Source: Selaginella moellendorffii (taxonomy: Eukaryota > Plantae > Lycopodiophyta). From it: a DNA stretch of 64,000 bases. Every line of letters begins with the position of its first letter. The stretch's first letter is position 1. Where the stretch lies: NCBI RefSeq assembly GCF_000143415.4, contig NW_003314289.1:1110787-1174786 (forward strand). The letters run 5' to 3'. The translations under genes were made by a program, and so were the position numbers. The notes below the pieces were generated by a model. It did no database searches. It had not been told where the DNA came from and was given only the letters and a program-made list of their open reading frames with translations. Of the stretch, positions 35,873 through 47,839 are shown in pieces.

Positions 35873-38800
35873 CTATCCTTGTTCTACACCTGTTTTAGAT
35901 CTAAGCCCAAATTCCACACTATGCTAGCTAATGGAGTATTCATATCCTCATGTTAGGCCACCGGTATGTTAAAATAGAGCTAGACTCTATTTAGCTTCGT
36001 TTTAAATGAAGGAATGGAGCCAAATTCCTAAATATGGAGTTAAGGAGTGAAGGAATTGGAGCACGGAGGAACTTTTGAGCATACAACTTAAAGAGCAAAG
36101 GGATAGGAGTATTGAGCAACTTGAAACAATCCTAGAGCATTTAACATTTAATGTTAGGACTAGCACACAATGGCTCAATGCCCTAAAACTTGGGTTCTAC
36201 TCCCCTATCCTTGGACATGTGGCATGTGGCATATAGAGGGTTTAAGTTCCACTTCGTGGTTATCTTATAGTTAATCACTATGGGATAAAAGGTGAAAACC
36301 ATATATGCTACATTTGGTATCAAAAGATGAGTTTTAGCAAGTACTATCTAATGAGATGATTTTTTGGGTGATTTGTGACCTGTGCACTATGAGAAAGAAG
36401 TGATGATTCACAGAAGAATTCTAGAAACATGGAGCTCATGGGCAACTAATCTCATTACATACGCAGAAATGAAGATAATAATTTGAGTGGGTACACGTTT
36501 GGGTGCTAAGACTTCGCATTCATTCCTTGGGTATGGATTTGATTACTTTTTTGTACCATATTATATGAGCTTTTGCTTAGGCTCATAAGTTGGATTGAGA
36601 TGTTCCATTTACACTTGTGCTTGGGCTTGTGAGTGAGGTATATTAGCAATTCAATATTACACTTTGAGTTGGCAAGATTAATGTTAACATATCAGTGGTT
36701 ACCATGAGTTGAACTATGTACCATAGGTGAAAGTAAACATCCCCTAGGTTTCTAATAATGGCAAATAGGCTGGTCCATAGATGTTTAGCATAGCATTAAT
36801 GAATCCTTTCTATGCATGATTATAAGTGGATCAATCAAAACTGTAGGGATTAATTTATTGGTTCAAGTAGTCATTGCCGTGCTCTCTCATAAACTTTTCT
36901 TGGATTGAATTGAAGTAGTGCTAAGGTTTAATCAAGTTGAGTCCGAAAAGAGAGTTATCAAGGATGAAGGATCAATTATGTAAAAAAAAAATTTCTTAGA
37001 GAGATGATTTGCAACAAAGTGTTAACTCATTGCTCGTGTTTACATCATGCAATCAAGAGTCCCTCTATACAATTCCATTCTTACAGACTTAAACAAACAG
37101 ATCATTAAAAAGTATTAACTTAGGTGCATCTCCATTGTAGTCATGCAATCAAATTTTGTGGAAGGGAAGATAGCTTTGTCCTATCTACAACCCCCAACAA
37201 ACCATAAAACAAGAAGCAGGGTTCAAGATGGATCTTGAATCCCTCAAAACCTTCTCTATCAAACTTGCGAATGGATGGTTTTCCTTCCATAGCACTATCC
37301 CAACTCAAATACCATGAGATAAATTGGGGTCAAGCACACTGCACTAATGGACACAACAGAAAGCCCTAATATGTATGTGGCGAGGTGTGTCTCATAACAT
37401 CTTTAAGCTAGATGACTTAAAGGTATCCCCCTTTTGGAATGCAAAACACATTTATTCTGCTGCCTTTAGCATTGGGCTGTTAAATTAACCCATTCTAATC
37501 TTGCCAAAAACTTGAATTGTGTAAAACCAATATAGGTCAAATTTACCTTACTTTGATGCATGTTGGTTATAATGGTTTTACAAGTGGTGAATCATAAGAT
37601 AGATAGTGGTGAAACACTAAACCATTTTGTTTATGCTTACTATTGAAGACTTGGGTTACAATGCTCAATTTTTTTTTAGGGAACCTTGCTATTGCTCCTT
37701 GAATAGCTTGGTGTTAAATTAATGTTGAGTTTAGTTGGAAAAAGAGTGGAATAAACTTATCCATATTGTGAACAAAATTAGTGATGGTAAGTGTTGTAAA
37801 TCTCTATTGGTGAAGTGTGGTATTTATGTTGCATTTTGTCAAATAGAATTAGCATTTGATACTCATATAAAGTTTTAAAGTAATAATGTAGGCTTGCTCG
37901 TGGTGTTGTTCAATTGATGATCAAGTCATTGTGATTCTTTATATCATATTCATATGATAGTGAACAATGTGTTTATGAAGTTGCTTGGTTAAATGATAAT
38001 TAACCCCAAAGTGGTTGATGGTGAAGCTAGTCTATTTACATGTAGTAGTATTACAGTAACTTTGACTAGATTCACAATAGTTATCCATTATGCTAAACTT
38101 AAATTGGTATCTTGTTTCTTTACTCATAAAGTGTTGGAAACATTCACTTACTATGGCTTGTTGGTAAATCCATTACACTTGGAATAGATTATTGGATGGT
38201 GAAAGTGTGAAGTTAAGGCATTGGTATTGTTAACACTTGTGTTAGTGGAAATAGCATTACTATATTGAGTGATAAGGAATTTTCCTTAGAGCTTGATTAT
38301 CCATGTCATTTTTTTTGTTAATGTTTTAGCTTTATATTGGATCTTAAACGTGGTTGAAGAAGAGTGTTAGTGCAATATAAATATTCAAAAATTTGGTCTT
38401 TGTAATCAAGTCTTATATGTTCATTTTCTAATTTGCAAATATCGATGTTGAATGTTGGAAATATAGGCATGATGTTTGATGCTTAAACATACTATTGGGT
38501 CATAAGAATTTGTGTTGAAGTGAACATATGTGAAGTTATTAATAGGAGGAAGTTAATTGAGTTTTGAAAGTTTGTATTCTTAGATTGAGAGTTATTTTTT
38601 CTCTAGGATGGAAATTTTCCACAAACTTTGTTAGACTTTTTCAATAGCTAATATGTTAATCACTTTGCTCGAAAACCATTCTGTTTTTATAAGTCAATAC
38701 AAACTAGTGAAGGACTTTGATTAGCTTAGACCTTAGTTGGTAATTTGTATGATGCAACTTGAAAGGGATATTAACTTTTGAGTCTAAAGAAATTAAATTG

Positions 38801-39279
38801 GATAGAGTCTAGAGTTGGTGTAAAAAAGTGGCCATTAAAGCTCTATTTCGTTAAAGTGGGAATTGTCATTATCCCACTTGTAAAATAAGGTTTCCAAACC
38901 TTTATATAGTATATAAATATAACAAAATTCAATTGCATTGAGGCACATGCCATTTTATTTTAAACAAGGAAATGTCTACTCAATCACTTCTCCTCCCCCT
39001 GCCACTGCTTCACCTCTCTCTTCTCCTTGTCATCGTCGTCCAATTTCTTTCCATCCTTTTAATATTGGCTCAGTTGCTCCGAGTCTAGGTGGAGCCCAAG
39101 TCCCCATTCAATCTTTACTTTCCCCTTATTAATAAAACAACTTCGCAGACTTCCAATAACATGCTGTAACACTTCTAGTATAATGCAAATCCTCTCAAAG
39201 AATTGTCTTTTAATATTAATACAATGGCATGGAACCCCATGCCATAATAAGTTACATTTTTAAATAAATACATGCCATC

Positions 39280-42200
39280 TCAGACTATTATTTTTTGCCT
39301 CCAACGCCTATACAATAATCTTGGAATTTCATCACTCTCCACACTATCAGGATTTAAACCTAATAGTAATGCCATCTCTTCTCTAATACGTCCACGCTCA
39401 TGTTCAGTGGTCGAAGAACCCATCCGGTTGAGCAGATTATGGAGATGCGGATAGTGCTTGGCTAGACAATATACATGCCATAAATGATGACTGGTGTCTG
39501 TCCGATCAAATGGCTTCTGATATACCGTTCCATCTGCCATTTGGTTGATTTCTGCAGCCACCTCCTGGACTGGCCGGTTCTCTATCACCATCGCTTCAAG
39601 CCGTTTTGCAAGGTCCCCCAGAACATACGATTTCTTCTCCCTAGTTTCCATACTGCAAGAGATGGGGTGCACTGCATATGTGTGCGTGTTCGCTGCAGTT
39701 TTAATCGGCGAGTCATCGATGATGAGGATTTCACTTGACCTAGCAGTCCGGTTCATCACTACAGCCTTTGCCTTGACGAAGATGGGCTTGCTACCCCTCA
39801 CATGGACCATAGTCAAGCAATCCTCCTGCGTTAGGAGAAAGTCAAATGGTAATATTACTCGCGTCTGATCGTGCATCATCTGTAGCAACGTTAATGCATT
39901 GTGGCGCATCATGGATGTCCAAACTCCCAATTGCAAATTGAACCCGGCCCTCTGTTTTAAGTGTTGCATGGTCATTATTAGATCCCGCAGTTTCTCCCGT
40001 GTGATTAATGTGAATCTGTCTCTTTTGACCAACTTGCGACCGCAGGCTTTGGAGGGTGCAGTGACATTCGAGGACGAGCCACGCTCATGGGAGAAAAGGA
40101 CACCGTTCAGATCAAAAACGATACAGTACTTTCGCCGTGACTCTGAAATGAAATGCGTCAGCATAAAAAATGGTACAAGTCAATTTTACCATCTACAATA
40201 TTAGCGAATGGTGCTCCCGATGGTCGTTTAGAGGGTTTTGGTCGAGGAAACGTGAAGGGCGGAAATACTCTCCTCTGCAATGTGGGGTCAATCGCATCCG
40301 ATGGCGTGTGGGCACATGCCATTTCAGCTGTAGACTCTGGTACAACTGGCTCAACAGTGGCATGGGGTGGTTCCGATGGCGTTTGATCACACGCCATTTC
40401 AGCTGGTGCCTCCGTTGGCAAAGTGGACATGACCGAATAGGCAGCAGGGGCGGTGTAGGGAGGTTCCAACGGCGCGTAGTCAGACGATTGGGCACACGTT
40501 GGAAATGAGGATACGACCGGCTCGGTGGCTAGGGCGGCCTCATGCGGGTCCAATGGCGCCTGGTCACCGTCAGTTGGATACGTGGACAAGATTGACTCAG
40601 TGGTATGGGCAGCATCAAGTGGAGCGTGGTCAACTTGCTTGGCGTTGATATGGATAGTAGCCTCCACCAGCTCTGATGACTCTTGCAGGCAAGTAGAGTC
40701 CACTGGCGGATCCATATGCATGTCCAAATATCTCCCTTCGATTGAGATGGTATCCTCCCGTGCTACTAAAAACAAACTCATTAGCACATTGAATCGACTA
40801 TACTGTATTTACCATCAACTGCTATTGAGGAACTAGGACCGATATCACTTGGGCGCACTGCTGATTCTGAAGGATTGGACATACGTTTCGACCCTTACTT
40901 GGCACTATCCTTCCTCGACACTAAAGGCTAGAGTTTGTATCTTAATTCAACTGAATAATCTCTACTTACCATTTCTTCTGCGACCTACATGGACAATGTT
41001 AGAAATGGTAAAAGGTTAGGAATGGATGTACTATTATTTACCTGATGGTTTGTCTTGTATGACCTTCCTCCGCTGCTCTTTGGCCACCTTAGGCTGGCCA
41101 TCGTCGTCATCATCGTCATCGTCGTTATTGTGATCGTCACCATTGTGAGGACCATCCAAGTCCTCTTCGTCCTCCTCTTCTTCATCCTCCTCTTCTTCGT
41201 CCTCTTCTTCTTTGTCCTCCTCTTCGTCCTTCTGCTCTTCCTGCTCATTATCTTTCTCTGGCTCCTCATCCCCCTCTTGCATTTCTTCCATAGGCTACTC
41301 AGGCTGGATGGCTTGTTTTTCCAGGACCATCTTGGGAAAATCATCTGGCCGAGTCTCCATCTCAAAATACAAGACATCCATAGCCTGTTTTAGTGCGTGA
41401 CCTAGGACCGTATCCTCACCCGACTGTCTTAACATGGTTTCTGCACGTTCTTGCACCCTTCGAAGACGACGAGATGAGAAAAACGTGGCCCTGACTTGAA
41501 AAGCATCCCTCATCCATTGTACCTCTCCATTGAGATTGGGGAAGGGGAGTCCGCCATAGGAATCTGAGTCAGAAGGTGGTGACTGGCTCCTTTCACTCAG
41601 CCCTTGATCTGCAATGAATGGCATGAGCACACACGCCATAACCGCGAGGCATTACCTATCATCTTTTCGTTGCCCTTCTTCCTTTTCGAATCAAACGCCT
41701 CTGATCCCGACGACTGTCCAACATGCTTTCGCTTTTTATGACCACTGTCAGTTTGAGCTTGGCTGGTGCTTGCCTGTTTTGCCTTTGAAGAAGTGTCTCC
41801 TGCAAGGAATGGCATGAGACCACACGCCATTGCAAATATAATTTGTACCTCCTTTTTTCCTATTGCTTGTCTGTTTGTCCTTCTTCGACGCGCCACCAGT
41901 GCGCTTTTCAGTCCTCGTGTTTGAATATTCACAACGATCTATAATCAAAATGGTGTGAGGCCTCACGTGACCTTACCTTGTGCAGGTTGTGACCTCGGCC
42001 TAACATCAGTAGCTGTTAACGCCGTTTCAGCATCTGGGGGTGGCCACGCTCTTGCATACAGAGCTTGTGAGATAACATTTAAACTTAAAGTGCGTACTCA
42101 CCAGGTTCGTAGAGAAGATACTGTTTTTCTTTGGCAACTGTAATTATATGCTCCATTGAAGTCACCTCTTCAATGGAGTTTGTCACCGCAACACACGGGA

Positions 42201-44885
42201 CACCCTTGAGTAGTGCGGCTCGAAAGAATAGTCCGCCGCAGTTGTACTCGACAACGCATTTGCCCTTGGAGTCACCCGCTATTGCGTTGAAGACCCAGCT
42301 GAGCATTTCCCATGCTGCACCTAGAGCTTTCTTTGGATTCGAAAGCTCCATAGCCGTCTTCAGTTCCTCAGGCACGGGTAAATTGACCTCCCTCAGATCA
42401 ATTCGATCGGCTTTGTTGAACGAAGCTGGGAAGTCACTCTAGTCCCACTCTGCTGCAGGACCAATAACAAGGGCGAGTGTGAAGATGCGGATATTCGTCG
42501 GTATTTTCTTCTTAGCCATTATCCCATGGATCTCCCGCATCTCCTTGCCTTTCAACCGAGCCTTCACCTCGTTCAAGGCCTTCCAGAACTTGTGATAGGA
42601 TTCGGAGTCGTAGATCATATAGTGGACTGAAGATTCCACCTCCGCAAGTCCCACCATTAAGTCAATGATGGAGCTGACTTCGTCTGCATGAGTGATCTCC
42701 TCGTTTGTGAAGTCCATCACACAAAAGATGTTCTTGACCTGCTCATCTCCGCGGGAAACGATGCTCCTCCACCTTTGATCCTCATCCGAATTCACGTATA
42801 CCCGGTAAGGTTCTCGATAGGCCTCTGCTGCGGGGTCGAGCTGTTTCTGAAGCCGGCGGTCGACATCCCTCTTAATGAAATTTGGATACTGATCCAACTT
42901 CTCAGCTTTACTTTTCGTGGCATCCCGCAGCAGATCGATGAACTTGGGGGCCCCCTTCACGTACTCGTCGATGTCTTCATTTGACAAGTCCAGCTCTTCC
43001 ATCATCTCTTGCGTGGTGTCGATGCTCACCCTCGCCACGGCCACTTGCTCGAAGATCCAATCCTTCAATAGCGCACGAGCTCTCAGAGTCGTGCACAAGT
43101 CCTCGTATGTCACAATATGGCCGGGAGTCATTTTGGTCTTGTTGAAGACTACCTCACCACGTAGAAGAGCATTAGCCACTGTCAGAAGGTCGTCGTCGTC
43201 TAGAGACCGCGAGAAACGCAAGGCGTTGAGCTTCAAATCATTGGGCTTCCGGCCGTCCTCCACACCCATTGAGTTTAGCAACTCCCCGTCATGGTACCTC
43301 CTCAGCACATCTACCCATTTGTCAAAAACAACTTTTGTTGCGAGTAGAATGTTATGGATGCTGAGTGTGTCATTGACCCCCAGTGTTTTCGAGAGAAGAC
43401 TCAAGAATTCCTGCAATGGAAATGGCGTGAGGCCACATGCTATGCCACATGCAACGAGGCTTACCTACCAGGCGCTAGTTGCTAGTGCACGTCCTTGTCC
43501 TGGTTTTTGTGGCTTCTTCAGTTGAACCCAGAGCTTCCGTGTTCGTGCCAATGTCTCGTGCAGACCCGATTTGTAGCACGTTTCTTGCTTGACATTCTGC
43601 GCGTGGGAGATGTATATGATAGATCGGAGGGGCGAGTTGCCTTTTATCAGGCGGACAACTCTTGTCTTGAAGACTTTCTTCACCTCCTCGCCCACCATAA
43701 TACCCACAACTATCTGTTGCATCGCCAAGCTAGAATGCTGCCCGGAGACGGCATAGAACCGGATGTTCTGATCGTCCAAAACCTTCCTATTGATCAAGTC
43801 TGAAAACCTCGTCTCGCCCTTCATTGTTCGGTAGTAGGGGATCACGTCTGCGATGTCGGGTGTTACTGGACTTGCCAGCATCTTCTGCTTCAGTTTCTCC
43901 ACCCACTCATCAGATACTAGCCTGTGGTTGTATTTGCTTTGGATCTCGATACGGCTCACGTCGATTGTATATACTTTGTTGGAATAGTAACAAGTACTAT
44001 TATCTGCGACGATTTTTGTTGCCTCTTCTTGCTCTTTCTGCTCTTTGCGGCTCTTCTTTTTGGTGGGTGTAGTGTTCGAACCCGAGGCAATGGCATCACC
44101 GAGTAGCTTCTTTTTTGGAGCAGCAGAGTCGGACGTCGGCTTGAGCTTGACCACCCTTTTCTGCTTCGGGGTAGTATCCAGATCGACCCCTTTCCCCTTC
44201 GCTTCGCAAACTGGAGGCACTCTCAACGGCTCAATGTTGGAATATAGTTTTTGAACATCGCCGTAGGTGAGGTCCGTGGATTCCATGTGATCTTCATAGA
44301 CCCGCAGCGTCTTTGAAATTGTGGGCCTCCTGGACAACCTCTCCCTAGCTCCCTCTAGGAATTCCTCATAGCCGCTGCCCCCCTCCGGGAAGCCGCTAGA
44401 ATGTGCAAGGTGGATCTTGAAGGCGGACGCTGTCTCTACCACAAGTGCCAGTCCATATTCTTGCATGGAACTGCATGGAGTGTCTGTCACTTGGATGAGG
44501 ATCCCCATGCATTCTTTTCTCCCACCATCTGTGTTGTACAGCATCAGATCCTTGCCTTCCATCCCGAAAGTCCAACTGGTGAGCTCCTCCCCCTTCTCTG
44601 CATCCACATTGACAGTGGCTGGAAGAAGAACGCAATTCCTCGCCTGTTCAGAAATGCACAACAATTAGAGCTGACAGATGAAAAGCTAGCAGCTAGAAAT
44701 AACGTGAGGCCACACGCCATTCACCACTGCATCAGATGTCTTGAGGCTGCATCCTAAGATGGCGTGAGGCTACACGCCATCTGTAACCGGACTGCACTCG
44801 AGAGCCCAATCGGTGCATGCCAATGTTGCTACTGAATGGCATGTGGCCTCATGCCATTTTCTACTTGGTCTAAAAGACTTACCAT
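39280..44885 (-). pseudogene. Multi-exon transposon cargo gene: ParB/Srx-like + methyltransferase-like + acidic/basic linker + FCP1/SCP-like HAD domain; 3 in-frame TAG stops
   Basis: GT-AG introns join the ORFs in frame (e.g. 44882-44644, 43464-43411, 40189-40143). Motifs: RLVSDEWVEKLKQKM..FYAVSGQHSSLA; KGKCVVEYNCGGLFFRAALLKGVPCVAV; IVFDLNGVL..GVWTS..TQEDC..KPIFVK..IIDDSPIK. Small exons at ~40780-41040 are not fully resolved. Confidence 0.72.
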
Positions 44886-46482
44886 TTGAAGCCGAATGGA
44901 GGCCGTGACAATCGAGGCCGGACTCGCTGGCGAATGTGCACTGTGTGTGTAGCGGATCGTAGCAGCAAGGCTACTCTGCCACTTACAGTTGGAGAGTGGT
45001 GCTGAAATCTCCCGGGACGCCAAGTGGGCTGCGTGTGGGTGGCGGAGTGGGCGGCGGAGTTGGCGGCGAAGTTACAAACTGGGTGTGTCTTGAAGTGGAC
45101 GCCGATGCACACGAGCGCGATGCGAGCGCGAGTATGATGCAAGCGCGAGTGGACGCCGATGCACACGAGAAACCTGTAGAGAAGTGAGCGTGATCGCGAG
45201 TGGGAGCGCGATGCGAGCGGGAGCGCGAGTGTGATGCGAGCGCGAGCGCGAGTGTGCGAGCGCGAGTACAAAGCAAAATGCAAAACCTAACCTCACACGC
45301 GCGAAATGTCACAACGGTTGGTAATCCCACCACGTCATCATTCCTCGGACTTGGGCGCCACCATTAATTTCTGGATTGCCGCGCGCATGCAAGCACGCAA
45401 AATCCAAAAGAAATCCGCAACGTCATCATTCCTCAGACTGCATGCACGCGAAATCCAAAAGAAAGATCATGATTGGGATATCATTTAATACCCTCGCTAT
45501 ATTTATACCATGCATGATTGGATATTCCAAAGCATCTTGTATTTCCAAAAATGGCAGATGTTCAGCTAAATAAAGAAATTCTATCTGTTTCTATTTTTCT
45601 CTCAAATCAATATTATAGCGTGTGGGCTCATGCAATTTTGAACCAAAGAAACCCAAAAAACGTTAGACCCAAAATATTTTGAAAAAACCCAAAAAACCCT
45701 AATCATTTTAAACCCAAAAATCCAGGCGTCCTGTGGCGTTATTCCTTGAATGGCGTGTGGGCGCATGCCATTTTCAGGGCCAAATGCTGAATGGAGAAAA
45801 ATTCCCTTTCAGTGCAAATGCTGCAAGAGGCAGATGCCGAGCACAAAGGACTGTAACTACCTCACATGACACAGATAAACTTTTCTTTATTTGGCAAAGA
45901 TAAACTTTATAGCGTGTGGGCTCATGCAATTTTGAACCCAAAAAATGCACCAAAAAATTCTCGGCGTCATCTGGCGTTATCTCTTGAATGGCGTGGGGCC
46001 GCATGCCATTTTCAGGGGCACATAGGAGTATATTCCTAGGATATTCTGACACGTGCGAGATTTTTTTGAGTTTTCTGGAGATCCAACCGTTAGATCGCAA
46101 CTAGATTTTACAGAATGGTATACAATGTCTTTCTTGATGACCCTGCAAAGAAGCATCTCGATCGGACACTACATGAGACCACACGAGCCTTACAATGTTT
46201 CAGGGGCATTTGCCATAGATCCGACCGTTATTTTGCTCCAAGATTTTATAGTTTAGTGTGCATTGACCTTTCCATCGAAACTGCAAAGGGACATCACAAT
46301 CAGATGCGGGATCACAAGAAACTAACTTCACTAACTCTGGTTTCACCAATATCTACGTAAGGAGTTATGAAATGAAAGGACCCTCTCTATTGAAATGTGT
46401 TTATGGTCCTAGGGGCATTGTGACATATCAAAGGATTTTGCATCAAGTTCTGTATTTGCATGTTTATCAAGCTACTGAATTG

Positions 46483-46509
46483 CTAAACCCTAAACCCTAA
46501 ACCCTAAAC
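46483..46509. repeat. Interstitial plant telomeric repeat, (CCCTAAA)~4
   Basis: ctaaaccctaaaccctaaaccctaaac. Confidence 0.9.
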
Positions 46510-47839
46510 ATGTGGCAAATGCTGCGTGAAGAAAGATGCCCTTTCTGGGCAAATGCTGTAAGAGGCAGATGCCGAGCAGATGTATCTCAGGCTAGCGAAG
46601 GGGACAAACGAAAGCTAGCTATAAACATGACGGGATGCAAATAGATTACTAGGCTGGTCCTACGAAAATCAAAAACCATAATTGAAAACATTGAAAATGC
46701 AAAAAGAAAGGTTTATAATATTTTTGAATTTTAAGCAACCAAAGGAATGTAAGTAGGGCATGTGTTTGTAAGTTTAAAAATGCCTCAACCACTTAAATTC
46801 CCAAGTAAATAAAGCTGTTTCTATTTTTGGTACAGATAAACTTTATAGCGTGTGGGCTCATGCAATTTTGAACCCAAAAATGCACCAAAAAATGCTCGAC
46901 TAGCATTATTCTTTGAATGGCGTGTGGCCTTATGTCGAGCATTATTCTTTGAATGGCGTGTGGCCTTATATTGCCATAAATGGACGTACACACATAGCAT
47001 AATTATTCCTTTACACGGCGAATAATCTTGGCGCGGATCGCTGACATGGCATGGAAAAGTTCAAATCACTGACATGGCACAGCTGGATCGAGGCAAGGAC
47101 ATGATGTGACAAAGTTCAACCTCCGACAGCAAAGTCTAGAAGCTACTCAGTTTGAAATTTGTCAGAGGAGTCATAAGATCTGGTTTGTCAGAGGATTTGA
47201 TGTGACGTTCAAGCGTGTGTTATTTTTGAATTCTCGAACTCATTCCTAGATCTATCATTTTTGTGCGCCGTGTTCTTGGTTCCGCTGAGCGCAGTGAGCG
47301 CTGCTTGTGTAAGCGGCGTTGTGGGCTGTGGTTTATGCGTCTACGAGCGGTTGCGGCATTGCGAGCGCCATTGCGAGCGGCAGTTTATGCGAGTGGCAGT
47401 TTGTGCGAGCGGCGCTACGAGCAGTTGCGGTGTTGCGAGCAGCGCTACGAGTAGTTGCGGTGTTGCGAGCGGCACTGTCTTTGGTGTGGCTACCGCTTCC
47501 TCTTGATATTCGGCACTTGTGCTTCCTGGTATGTTCACCATAGAATGGCTTAGGACCACATTTAGAAATGGCATGAGGCCACATGCCATCTTGGGCCCTT
47601 GCAATTTCATGGCTAGCGTATTGTCATGTATGTTTTTACTTGCCTGCAGCTGTGTGTATATCAAGATGGCATGAGGCCTCATGCCAATTTTGTGAATGCG
47701 AAATTTCACGTGGGTGTCAATAGCATGTTTGAATAATGGCATGTGGCCTCATGCTATTGAGGTTGTTTGGTATGTTATGATTTAGGCCATTCTCCAATCA
47801 TTTTTTGTATGGTCTTAACTTCTTTTCTGCACTTTCAGA

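Noticed and set aside
38832-38839. Target-site duplication for the DNA transposon
   Set aside because: The left flank (cattaaa) and right flank (atattac) give no exact duplication of 2 bp or more.
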